64,000 nt of DNA from Octopus sinensis (Eukaryota), in the NCBI RefSeq assembly GCF_006345805.1, contig NC_043008.1, positions 78,554,001-78,618,000 on the forward strand. The letters run 5' to 3'. This document shows positions 37,425 to 50,399 of this stretch, one piece after another. The position numbers and the translations under genes were made by a program. The notes beneath the pieces were generated by a model. That model had not been told where the DNA came from. It ran no database searches and saw only the letters and a program-made list of their open reading frames with translations. Each line of letters opens with the position of its first letter. Positions within the stretch are counted from its first letter, which is position 1.

Positions 37425-39880
37425 AGGAAATGGATAAGCCCAAAGCTGGAGGTGAAGGTGCCTGTCACGATTTCTTTCACACTGGTCTTCCATACCACTT
37501 ATTTCTCTATAGCGATCACTGCGAGAAAACAAGCCTTGCCATCTTTGTTAAAAAAGCAAGGAGGAACAATCTTTACAATCGACTAGGAAGACAGTTGTAC
37601 TCTTCCTACCCGTGACAACAGATGTTCAACGTAAACCCACATCTCAAAGATTTGTGGGTAAAGCACAACTGCGTGCAGAACGGTTGCCTTGTCCTGTTCG
37701 CATCTTGAACACATGAGTGAACAAGGGGCACCATGCCTTGCGAGTTTATCGCCAACTGGTAACACTGCCAGGCCAGGAATCCTTGGAAGTTATCCAAGGG
37801 TTCCGACCCGAATGTCCTTCGGAACAGGCCCGCTGGTTGACCCTCATCGAAACCTAGAGTCACCACCCCCAAGGACGTCGTCACATTTAGCCTCTACCAA
37901 CCCTCTATAGAAAGCTGAGGTGGAACCCCCACTGCTGCTGTTGCCCGTGCGAGAGAGAAGCAAGAGTGCCTGACGGCACTCTGCTTGTCATGCACCCAAC
38001 TTTGGTCTACACTTGATCCAAGGTCCTAGTTTACTCAAACTAGTAAACTTGGGGAGTAACGACTGAACGAACGGAGACCACGCCTGTTCACCATCCAAGT
38101 AGACCCACAGATGCCTCAGCTTCTCTGCATGTTTACGCATCAAAAGACAAGGCATCTCTAGCCCACCCTTTAGCGGGTGCTGACAGAGAGCCTTGCAAGA
38201 GGAGCTCTACTCCTCCACAAAAAGCGGAAAAGCAGACGCTCCAACTTGTCATCCACGAAAAGGGGCAAGGCACGACGGTTAGGAGGTAGGTAATCGCAGA
38301 AGCGATAAACACTTCTGCGACCTCCGCCCTTCCTTTCAGGGATAGCCGCCACTCAGACCAGGTCTGAGTTAGTGGGTCACACTGCTCGTCACCTCACCCC
38401 AATTCTTCTCTATCTGGAGGTCTGGACCAAACCCCTAGCATTTTAACCGGCCCCTCCATCCAACGCCCTACAACGTTGTTGGGAGGTATCATCTTTCCTC
38501 TCCAGATGCCGTATTCTAAGCCAACTGACTTATCCCGGTTAACTCTTGCTCCTGCCACCGCTTCGTAGTCCTTAATGGCCTCACTTACCCTCTGTAGGTG
38601 TATAATCTCAGACACGATGGTGGTGATGTCATTCACGAACGCTAAAACCTTCCTACTGCAACCTAGATTGCGTTAGACGCCCCTGAAACCCGCCAACTTC
38701 CGTAGTAAGGGCTCCAGAGCCAATACGTACAGAAGTGAAGAGAAGAGATACCCTTGACAAACAGAACGCTTGATGTTGAATGCCTTCGAGAAGAACACGT
38801 CGATGATGCTGTATAAGGCACTGATCCACCCTGGCGCGAACACCGCGAGGACCGACACCAGATACCGATGCTCAACCCTGTCAAAAGCTTAAGACTAGTC
38901 CAAATGGACCAGCGCCCGACCCTTGCCAGGAAACTCATTAACCCTCTCCAAGATACAGCGTAGAAGGTGGAGATTGTCGTGTATGGATCTTCCAGGAACG
39001 GTACAAGTTTGTGCCTCCCGACGAGTCCACTAACGACACGCGCCAACCTTTTAGCTAACACCTCGGCCAAAATCTTCAACTCTATGTTAAGCAGAGTGGT
39101 GGGCCTGAAATTACCTACAATATCACCTTATTTAGTACCTTTCTAAGCAGCGTCACCACATCCCGGTTCTCAGATCTGGGTAGAAACCCATTCTGTTACC
39201 AGTTAGGGAAGACGCATGCCAGTAGGTGCCCAAACAAGTCTGGCATTCTGTTATAAAGCTCGTAGGGGGGCATCTAGTCCCAGTGACTTGTCCCCGCCGC
39301 AGTCCGACAAAGTCTCCTGCAACTCTACAGCTGTGATCGGCCCTTCACAGCACTCCGCTTCCCACCCAGAGAGACGCGGCACGCCAGCGAGGAAGTCCGT
39401 GAGGTCCCTCCTACACTCCGGCCCGCTGCCCCTCCCGAAGAGCAGAACGAAATGCTCCTGAAAGACCTTACACATCTCCTCGGGTTCGTTTACCAAGTTT
39501 CCTTGATTAATTGTCAAGGACCTTGTGGTGCCATTAGTGATATCCTATCAATAGACGAGCCAACGTATTCTACGCGTGCATCGCAGATTACATTAAAATC
39601 ACCTACATTACTATGGTGTGAGATGTCCCTAGAAACTTCTCCAGGCTTCGAAAAAAATCAGCCTGTCCAGCTCCCATGAGAGTGTAGACAGCTACCAACC
39701 TGAAGACCTGATCGCTGCTTATTGTCACGTGAAGAACGACCAACCTACCTTCCGGGTCGATAAAGATATTTCTTTCTCTAAATCCAGATTTCTGAGCAGC
39801 ACAGTGGCACCTCTCCTGCCTCCAGGTTGACATGGAGAAATCATTTTTTGTGCACGTTTAGGAGTGGGGAAAAGCCTCGT
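37425..39880 (-). mobile_element. Tx1/L1-like LINE ORF2, degenerate
   Basis: IDPEGRLVVL (APE), KILAEVLAKRL, SVCQGYLFSSLLYVLALEPLLRKL, IPPNNVVGRWMEGPVKMLGVW, CSRC knuckle. Confidence 0.88.
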
Positions 39881-39934
39881 TGACTACTCAGTCTGGACTC
39901 TGTAGCAACTACAATATCCATTCTATGCGACAGG

Positions 39935-40330
39935 GCGGCGAACTGGCAGAATCGTTAGCACGCTGGGCGAAATGCTTAACGGTATTTCGTCTGCTGTTAC
40001 GTTCTGAGTTCAAATTCCGCCGAGGTCGACTTTGCCTTTCATCCTTTCGGGGTCGAGTAAATAAGTACCAGTTACGCACTGAGGTCAATGTAATCGACTT
40101 AATCCGTTTGTCTGTCCTTGTTTGTCCTCTCTGTGTTTAGCCCCTTGTGGGTAGTAAAGAAATAGGTATTTTGTCTGCCGCTACGTTCTGAGTTCAAATT
40201 CCGCCGAGGTCGATGTTGCCTTTCATTCTTTCGGTATCGATTAAATGAGTACCAGTTATGCACTGAGGTCGATGTAATCGACTTAATCCCTTTGTCTGTC
40301 CTTGTTTGTCCCCTCTATGTTTAGCCCCCT
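39935..40330 (+). mobile_element. Dimeric tRNA-derived SINE (head plus two ~185-bp units)
   Basis: GGTATTTCGTCTGC at 39981 recurs as GGTATTTTGTCTGC at about 40166. Confidence 0.88.
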
Positions 40331-40334
40331 GTCG

Positions 40335-42480
40335 GCACTCTCGGCAGGAAGAGGTCCAGTTTTGATTTGAAAACACCTACATCCACTTTGTGTAGGTCCC
40401 TCAGGCTCTTTTGGGAGAATATTAAAAAGCTGTGGGACCCTGAAACCTAGGCTGTTGCAGTAACTGGTCCTGGAGCGCGATGGCATTGCTGGAATCTTTG
40501 GCACTGTACAGTGTCGATCCGTTCTGGCATTGGTGTAGCTTTCAATGCCAAAATTTGGCACAATTCCTTCCAGGCTCTTCTGCATACCTCTCCTGTATAT
40601 TACTACATGCCTCTCCCGCTTTCGCTCCAGGGAGTAGTGTTTTAGTTGTTTCAGCCTTTCCCAGTAGCTAAAACGATCTTCTCTGTGAAGATTCGCTGGA
40701 TTGCTTCAAGCTCCGCTGTTAATTTTACACTGTTGGGTGACCATCACGGAGAGCAGCAATCCAAGCGGCTAAGGACGAATGTCTTCCATAGGGCCATCAT
40801 GGTTTCCTTCTCTCTGGTTCTAAGCGTTCTCAGGATCCAGCCAGCCAGTCGTCTGCACTTTGTTGCCATCATGTCGATACCCAGGTCCCTCACTGATTTA
40901 GGCTTTGGGATTGTAATCCTCTATGGACTAGTGTGCCCTGTAGGTTTTATATTCTGTTTTTGACGCTGGTAGCGCAAGCCTTGGAATTTTTCACCATTAA
41001 ACTGCATATTGTTGTCCTCAGCCCATCTGTAAATTGAGTCCAACTCCTGCTGTCCAACACCGCTGGAATTCTGTATTTTCTGCGAAACTTTCGTATCGTC
41101 TGCATAGTTAGCAAGGTGGTTATCCGGGCAGCTGAGGGCATATCTGAAAGGACCACTATGAAAAGCAGTGGTTCCAAAACAGTACCCTATTGAACACCAC
41201 TCAGCAAGTTGTTTTCTTCAAGGAATGCGATTAGTTTCCCTCTGACTATCCGTTCCATGACTTTGCTGATGCTTGAAGTCAGAGAGATAGGCCTATAGTG
41301 TTTGCATTTGGTCTGCTTTCTCCTTTAGTTTACTTGGCAGCCTGCCATTTGCAAGAAAGCTCTGGAAGAGAATCTATGGAGGTCTCGTCATGGCACGCTT
41401 ACACAAATTGAGGAGGATTGCTGGGAAACCTTCAGGATCAGCAGTTGAGTTTGCATCCACCTCGTCTATGGCTATTAGTATATCTTCTTCGCTAATGTCG
41501 ATGTTATCCATCGCAACTGACTCGCTGGTTATAGGTGAGGCGGCAAAGAAATCCACTGACTCGTTCACTTATCTGTGTTTTAATGGGGTACTAAAGACAC
41601 TTTTCAACTGGTCACTCAGTACCTCACTGATCCTGGTTGGACTATCTGTGAGGGAGCCATCTTTTTGGAAGAGGGATCCTATTTTGCAGCGTACTGAGGC
41701 TGTTTCTTTCGTTTAATGAAAGAAGGCCTTTGGGTTTGACTTAATGTGTTTTTTTTATAACCCAGGCTTCTTTGTCTGCTCTCTTCCTCGCATAGGATTG
41801 TTGCAGGCTTTTTTTCAATCTCCATCAGTGTTGTTTTTAGGCGGGACCTTTCATTACTTTTGGAATGTTGGTTAAAGCGATTTGCAAACTTCGTCCGTCT
41901 TCTCGTGAAGAACCTCCTCTCTCTCTTGGAATCTTGTTCCTTTTTGTGTTGGCCTTGTGCCCTGGGACATATTTCTGGCATATGGTTTGCATAACAGACG
42001 TGAAATATTCTAGTTTCATACCATTGTCTGATGTGGTGAGACATTTTGGCCAGTCCTGTCTGAGGATCTCTTTTTTTTATCGATTTCCAGTTTGCTTTGT
42101 GAAAGTTCGGATTGGAGAGATTTTGGGTGCTTCATTTGATCGTATGTTTCTGGCTACTTTTGGTCCAAACATAGACAGCTCTATTATTTTGTGATCCGAA
42201 ACAAATGTCGGTGTCGCTTTCACATCATGAACGATGTCTATATTGTTTGTTGAAGATCCAAAATGTCATTCGCCGTAGTTGGTCTGAGCATAACATGTTC
42301 CATGAATAGGGCATTGGTGAGGTTGAGCAGGGACTCCACCTGTGCTTGATTGCAATGAGTATTTGCTGAGAACATTTGATACTGAGAAAGTTGAAATCAC
42401 CCATAAGAAATACGCTCACACTGTGTTCCATTTTCATGAGGATTTCTTTGATTCTTGTGAGGTAATCTTCAAATTTGCCT
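40335..42480 (-). mobile_element. CR1-group LINE ORF2, degenerate
   Basis: LMGDFNF (APE), GTVLEPLLFI, YADDTKV and the C-terminal CNSLGFRVPQLFNILPK. Confidence 0.85.
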
Positions 42481-42946
42481 ATGTGGTTTGCAACATATAG
42501 TGAGCGATGTGTTGCATATGACTATATTGTGTTGTCTTATGTATACACATACTGAATTTGAGTATGAGAGTAAAACCTGGGGTGTGAGGTCTTCATGGAT
42601 GTATACAGCAACTCCACCATGTCTCCTCTCCTTCTGTCTGTTCACAGTATGGTATATTTTGATACGTGTACTTCTGCATCCTCTATATCAGAGCTCATGT
42701 GAGTTTCCAAGAGTGCTATGCATAGGGCTTGATTGTATGCAGTCAGGTCTCTCAGGAAAATTTTTTGCTTTTGCTGTTGTGATGCAACAGAGCCCCAATA
42801 TTTAGTAAACATATTGGCGTGATAAAATTAAATAGAGAGATACAATTGACAATCCAATAAGTTATACCGGTGAATCGGATGTTTCATACACCCCTCTCAA
42901 AGAATTATTTTCCTTACTTAATATATATTTTAAATATATATCTACA

Positions 42947-42985
<39 letters not shown>

Positions 42986-43150
42986 GCATGTGTGTCTGTG
43001 CCTGCGTGTATGTTCGAAATTGCGAAGATGATCCGGTTTTTGACTGAAGATCGTTTTTTTGTATCGTCTTCTAAATGTTTTGCGTTCTTGTCCCAGTTTG
43101 TGTTTTTTACATTTATCCTATATATATATATATATATGTATGTATATATA

Positions 43151-43300
<150 letters not shown>

Positions 43301-43313
43301 ATATATACATATA

Positions 43314-43378
<65 letters not shown>

Positions 43379-43385
43379 GTGTGTG

Positions 43386-43421
<36 letters not shown>

Positions 43422-43714
43422 TTATACATATAACATATATAACTATAATACATGTGACAATTATTCGGTTGCCGTAATAAAACTCCGAGTTTCGGATGTC
43501 GGGGCGGAAATCTGCTCCGGCATCTCGTCATTTATTAAGACAATCAGAAAATGCTGTGAAAATGACCATTAAACAAAGGGAAATTACTATGTCAACCATA
43601 CACATGTACACATATACATATCCGCACACACGCACGCACACAAGTGCACATATCCATACGCGCACAATTATATTCATATACACGTCTAAATACGCACATG
43701 CTATATATGCATAT

Positions 43715-44610
43715 GCTCACTGACACTCGCGTGAAAGACATGCATCCATATACCTACATGCAACCATACACATGTACACATATAGATACCCGCACACACG
43801 CACGCACGCACACACACACACATACACACGTATATATACTCATCCGCACATAAATATGTTCATATACACGTCTATATAAGACAAACAAAAGAGCTATTAG
43901 AATGACCAAAGGAAAGAAAGTAAAAAAGTTAAAAACGCTCATGGAATTCGCGTATGCGCACATGTACATATATACATATGCGCACACGCACTCTCACGTA
44001 CATGTGCCTATATGCGCATGCTCACGTACATGTGCCTATATGCGCATGCTCACTCACACTTGCGTGAAACATATACATGCACACACACACACACAAATTC
44101 TTTTGCTAATGTTTTTAACTAAATTTTTGAACACTATGGGGTGGTGGCAGGAACCTACATTAATATAACTAAGTCTATCGTTGGGCTTCCTATAAGGTTT
44201 AAATCTAAGGATACATCTAGGGAAATGTTTATACATTTTTATTGCTTTATATATTTTTACATATTTTTCTGTATATTACCTTTCACCCTGCATTTTTCTT
44301 GTGCATGTGCGTATATAGACATGTATATAAACATATTTGTGTGCGGATGAGTATATATACGTGTGTGCGTGTGTGTGCGTGTGTGTGTGTGTGTGTGTGT
44401 GCGTGCGTGTGTGCGGGTATCTATATGTGTACATGTGTATGGTTGCATATATATGTGCATATATAGGCGTGTGTGTGTGTGCATGTATGTGTTTCACGCG
44501 AGTGTGAGTGAGCATGTGCATATAGGCACATGTACATGAGTGTGCGTGTGCGCATGTGTATGTACATGCGCGCATACGCGAATTCTATGAGCGTTTTTAA
44601 CTTTTGAGCT
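43715..44610. repeat. Tandem plus inverted duplication of a CA-rich ~330-bp unit around a PLE RT-thumb fragment
   Basis: AAAAACGCTCATGGAATTCGCGTATGCG at about 43930 is mirrored at about 44600. The spacer 44090-44230 encodes FKPYRKPNDRLSYINVGSCHHPIVFKNLVKNISKRI on the minus strand. Confidence 0.75.
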
Positions 44611-46269
44611 GAAACTACAGCAAAAAAATATATAATATATATATCTATGATACATCATATAATATATATATGTATATATGGAATGAACGAAGGACTCTAT
44701 TCTTTCTATTATTCTTTCCTTCTTTCTATCAGCCCTTTCACGTTTACTTCGTCATGCCACTTTTCGTTCTTTCGATCCCCCTCTCTCACATTTCCTTGGC
44801 TTCTCTTCATGCTCACTTTCCCTTCTCTTTTCACTTCACTGCGTCCCTGTCATTTTTTCTCTCCCCCCCTTATTTCTTCTGTCCCTCTGCTTCTACCTCT
44901 CTCTCTTCTCTCCCCACGTGACCGGTGTTCGGCTAAGCCTGACCTTTCTTTCTTGGTTCAGCCGCCATCCGAGTAACATCTATATTCCTCCCTGTGCCTG
45001 TGAAACCTTGTACCCCCGCCGTAAGGCTTTACTTCTACACACGCCAGTTTAATTTAATTCGTCCTTAGTCGAAAGACACCTGTTGTTATGTCCTGTTATT
45101 TGTATTTGTGTAACATTCTCCGCTTTTTTCCTGTCCTTGTTTTCGTATACATTCGCTGCTTTCTTCCAAGGAATCTAATACTCTTGGCTTAGTTTTTCCT
45201 TAGGTCTGGCCAAATTGGAGCAATCTCAAGTATAACCAGCCGAACTTGCAAAGATAATCTGGAACTCGAGTGAGGAAAGAAAATTCCGAATGACCAGTCC
45301 TTGTTTTCTTTGTATTGTCTACCTGGATGTTTTGCGTTCTTGTCCCATTTTGTATTTTTTATATATAAAACATATAGCGGCGTATGTACACTTTGGTCTC
45401 TTATATATATGTGTGTGTATTTGTGTGTGTGTGTTTGTGTATGTATGTATGTATGTATGTATGTATGAACAAACACGTTTAAACCATCAAGTGTTCAAAT
45501 GTTCACAGAAATTTCGATGAGTTTCACAGGGATCGGTAATAATATCAATGTAAATGTTCGACGAAGATCATAACAAATGTACATTACTGTAAGTTCAGTC
45601 ATATTGAGATTTTATAAAATAAGTAGAGAAAAAAGAGAGTAAGAAAAACGTTTGTCTTTTTTTTTTACTACAATTTCTGTCGTGGTGCGCGTAGTTCTTT
45701 TTTCAGTCTCAGTTTCAGTGTACTGGTCTCTTCCCCTTTCCCGGCTTGTTCGAATCGGAAGACACTTTGTGTTCTATCTTTTAGTATATGTAAGTTTTTA
45801 CGGGAAAGGATCTAATTTTTGATTGGTTATAATTTTGATTGCCCTTTTTTCTCGTGGATGTTTTTGGTCAAAGAATATATATTTGTTTTGGCAAAGTTTT
45901 GTATTTTGGTTGGTTGGCTTCCTGGTGACGACCAAGGTCAAGGAACAAGTTCTGATTGGTTGTAGGTTTCGTGACGTCACTTTATTTTGATCAAGAATAT
46001 TTTCCGTTTCAAACAAACTATTTTTGTTTTGGTTAAGTTCAGCGTTCTGCCGGGTTGGCTTCCCTGTAGGGACACGGTAATCAGTTTTTGCCTGATGGAC
46101 GTCTACCGGTTGGTTAGTTCCCTTAAGAAGTCACTGTTTTTTTGGGGGGTTTTGGGTTTTTTTTTTTTTTCTGGGGGAAAATTTCATTGTTTTGCGACGT
46201 CAGAGGCAAAAATAGAGGGAGGGAGAAGGAGAGAAATAGAGAAAGCAAGAGGGAGGGACATATAGGAAT

Positions 46270-46860
46270 CTAGGCAGTGAATATATACGGAGCTTGAAGC
46301 AATCCAGCGTCACTACACTAAAATGATTGCTACAGTCCAACAAATGAACTACAGGGAGAGGCTGAAAGAACTACGACTCTCCTCCCTAGAGAGCAGACGT
46401 GAGAGATGTGTAATAATTTACATGTGGAAAATCCTGGAAGGGCTGGTACCTAATTTTGGTATCAAGTGTTCTATGAATGCTCGTACTGGACGTCATTGCA
46501 TAGTACCGAAATTACCGTTCAATGCATCTAACATAGGAACTATGTACTGCAATAGCCTAGGGTTCAGAGGATCACAGCTTTTCAATGCTCTGCCAAAAAA
46601 ATTGAGAAACTTACACGATATAGATGTGGAAGTCTTCAAAAAGAAACTGGACACTCTCCTATCCACAATACCAAAATACCAATGGCTCGACATGAGGCAC
46701 AGTCGAGGGCAGCAGTGCCAAATTCTATCATACACCAGATGGGCCAACGACAATTTTGATGGGATCACATTAGTCGGAGGAGAAGAACCACGGAAGGATT
46801 GCAGAGAGCGTACAAAAATAAAGAGTGAAAAAAATCATGGTGGTGCTCCAGCATGACCAC
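46270..46860 (+). mobile_element. CR1-group LINE 3' fragment
   Basis: NYRERLKELRLSSLESRRER, LEGLVPNFGI and CNSLGFRGSQLFNALP; same family as the 40.3-kb copy. Confidence 0.88.
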
Positions 46861-48189
46861 AGCCACCTGGCTGAAACACATAAAAGATATAAAAGAAATA
46901 TGTGTACATTTATACATATACTTATTTAAATAATGCATATATATATGTATGTGTATGTGTATGTACGTCCATCCGTATGCATGTATGTATGGAGGGATGT
47001 ATGTATGTATGGGGGGAGGGAGGAATGTATGCATGTATGTATGTATATATGTGTACATTGTTTTTAATTTGGAAGAACCAAAAATGCAAAAAGCATTTTC
47101 ATGAGCTGTGGACGAAATATCGTGCTCAACATCCTGGAAGCTATCCAGCCTCTGAACAGTTTTAGCCAGAAAAGTGCCTCAGACCAATTTTCCTCTAGTG
47201 ATGTATGAAAACGTACATCACTAGAGGAAAAAAAGTACGGTATAGTAGAAATGAGATTCTCTACAGAGGACGCGGTCAGGAAACACTCCATAATAACTGT
47301 AAGGTGTGACGAACTCCTCTTCGCCGCAACTTACCTGGGCTGCAGGGTATTCAAAATACAAATAGTTAACGTATCACCAGAAATAAACATCTATTTGTCG
47401 GTGACAGCTGTCTCTTTGATATAGAGGACAAAACCAATATTTCATAAGTCCAGAGGCTGCAGAAACAAACTTGGTCAGGCCAAGGGATGGACCTATTGAT
47501 GCAAAGGAATCACGAAAGCATGAAATTCATCTCTGCTCTGATCAAACTGCGAGATCGTACAAAACTATACTTATTCATGGAGAGCAGGGAGACTAGGTGT
47601 CACTTGCGTTGTGACACAAACTACCCCAAGTTATTTTGTCTACAGCAAAAGAGGAAAGCAGGAAGATAGCCACAACAGCACCATCACCGCCACAACAACA
47701 ATAACAACGACAACAGCATAAATGGCAGCAGCTCCAACAGTGGCAGGCAGTCACTACAGCATCAACAACACCAAGAGTAAAACTAGCAACCGCGAAAAAA
47801 AAAACAGTAACAACCCCTGTAAAAGTGACTGCAGCACCTTTATCAACAATTGCAGTAACAATAACAACAGCAAAAGAAAACCCCAAAACATTAAGAACTA
47901 TAATATATTGACAAAACAATACTACAAACCTCCAGAAGACATACTCTCCCAGACTCACACCCCACAAACATATCGTTTGGAGAAGATAACCGACAGTAAT
48001 CAAATGGCAAATTGTAACAAATGTAAAAAAGAAAAAATGAAAAAAGAGACAAAAGTGTCAACCAAAAAACGGGAACATTTGAGCAAATGTGAGACACGTT
48101 TTCAAGCAACATGCACCAATACACTAGCACAATCGTTATCACAGACACCATCATCACAAGCACAAGCACAATTAAATTCACACACACAC

Positions 48190-48620
48190 AAGTTGAAAAG
48201 TATATTGATTTTAGCATGCTTTGGGGAGCAGGAAGAGAACTGAAGATGTTGTTTCGAGTCAGTTGGTTTAAAGTAGACGTCTAATGTTCTCCTTTCCTTT
48301 CTTAATACCGGTTCCCATATGCTGCTCATATCTGCACTCGGTCTGCTTAGGAGGTTGTTGTGTCCTAGCATATGTGCTGCTTCTTTTCAGTTTTCGTATT
48401 TTCCATTGGTGTTCTCTGTCTATTATTTTAACTTCATCCCACAGGGGGGGGGGCTCTATTTTTCCATACATGATCAGCTATACCCGATTTATCAATATCT
48501 CCCCGTGTCACAGCTTTGCGATGTTCCTCTACTCCTATTTTGAGGGGGCAGCATGTTTCGCTTTTGTATAACCTACCACAGCTGCATGGGATGGAGTACA
48601 CGCAGTTCTTGGTCATATCT
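48190..48620 (-). mobile_element. PLE fragments: GIY-YIG endonuclease joined to an RT-thumb piece
   Basis: VYSIPCSCGRLY.SET..PLK..VEEHRKAV...SGIADHVW and LWDEVKIIDRE, then YFKPTDSKQHLQFSSC.PKH. Confidence 0.82.
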
Positions 48621-48645
48621 GTCAAATGTAAATAATGTATTATTA

Positions 48646-48703
<58 letters not shown>

Positions 48704-48707
48704 CATT

Positions 48708-48742
<35 letters not shown>

Positions 48743-49381
48743 CATCATCATCATCATCATAATTATTATTGTTATTGTTGTTGTTGTTGTTATTGTTGTT
48801 GTTATTATTGTTATTATTATTATTGAACGAGAGAGCAGTGCATGTCATCAAAGTGACACTGGGGTAAAATATACGAAGCCCAGTATAACCATCATGACTA
48901 CCCGTCTGATAAGGGTACACTAGGCACATGCATCACAACCATATGTCCGCGACATAGTGATCATGACCTTGCAGGTGGGGCCCATTTAGAATTTTCTTCA
49001 GGTCGAGTAACCCATCCCGCTCAAAAGGTCCCTGAATAAGAGTCGTTTAAGGATGTTGAACGAAACACCCATGTTTCCAGAGGTGAATTATTCAAACCCC
49101 AAAGAATCCCTCTCAACACATAGCTATGATGCTCCCCCACTACTTCTGCTCTTGATCAGAGATGCACATATCGCCAGTCACTAAGGGACATGGTCAACTG
49201 GTTAAGGTCAAACAACTGACAAGCAAATCTGTGGTATTGAGCAGAATATTTGCTGTAGCCCATCTTTTATACCAAGACAAAACAATGTACATGATAACAT
49301 TTCCAATCAGTTAAGATCAGAAGCCACGAGAGCCACTGCCTGGTACTGCATCACGGCATTATTGTTATTATTATTATTATA

Positions 49382-49431
<50 letters not shown>

Positions 49432-49435
49432 TTTT

Positions 49436-50030
49436 TTTGCCAACCATCGAATCACAAGTGCCAGGTGTCGGGCTATCAGCAACTAAACCGGCAACCCCAC
49501 AAAGCTTGCTTTGTGAGGAGGCTTCGGGGCTAAACCCCGAGGATAAATCCGGAGCCAGAGTCCCTAAGGCAGTTCAATGCTGTAGACAACCTCGTTCTGG
49601 CAACTCCTGCGGTCCCACTGCTGCCAAGTCGTATTGACCCCCGCCTTTCCCTTGGATAACACTGGTGGCAGTGGAAAGGGAATATGTGCTGCATGGGTAA
49701 CTGCCAATCTTTCATGAAAAATTGCCCAGGCCAGCGCCCTGGAGAGGACACTCCAGCGCCGTCTAATCGCGGAGGTAAAACACGGAAGGCAGCAGTCTAC
49801 CGGTTGTAAACCTGTACATAATTGGCGTAAGAGCAAGGCGCCAGGGACCGCTTTCGACGGAGAGAGAGACGCCATTGTGCCTCACTGGACAGCTACCGCC
49901 TGCCTCAAGTTGGAAAGGTCCCAACCAGTTAGGTGCTGTCTTGTCACAGCCCACCTGCTCCACTGGATGCATGGGGCTCAGCGAAACTAATATCCTTAAT
50001 CATGGGCTGTAAATACTGTACCAAGAACAA
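49436..50030 (+). mobile_element. Probable RTE-type LINE 5' UTR fragment
   Basis: GC-rich block after (TAA)n with motifs I recall from RTE 5' regions (GGCAACTCCTGC, GGGTAACTGCC, CCCTGGAGAGG). No ORF support. Confidence 0.4.
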
Positions 50031-50265
50031 CGAACGGGCAAGCAAACAAACAATGCAAAAACCTAGCCTTCCATTCATTAAGTGAGAATGCAGAACCAGT
50101 TGGAGTTCCTTGGGTCAAGACAAAGATCCAGAAGAGTTACACATCGTCAAAAGTGTAGAATTCAGAAAAAATCCTTGAAGGAAGAACCCACACCAGCAAA
50201 AACTAAGGAAGCTACTCTATGAGTTTGAAAAGGTCACAGGAATACTTGTACCAGTGGAGAACACC

Positions 50266-50395
50266 GGTAATATTTGCATTGTTGATTTCGAGCTTCATGA
50301 GAATTTAAGACGAAAGGAACTATGTGGTAAATATTTGCATTGTTGATTTCGAGCTTCATGAGAATTTAAGACGAAAGGAACTATGTGGTAAATAT
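50266..50395. repeat. 61-bp tandem duplication
   Basis: TATTTGCATTGTTGATTTCGAGCTTCATGAG... at 50271 and again at 50332. Confidence 0.95.
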
Positions 50396-50399
50396 AGAC

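Noticed and set aside
49940-50010. HDV-like ribozyme in the putative RTE 5' UTR
   Set aside because: An ACAGCCCA/TGGGCTGT stem exists, but I could not build P1 and P1.1 of the nested double pseudoknot.
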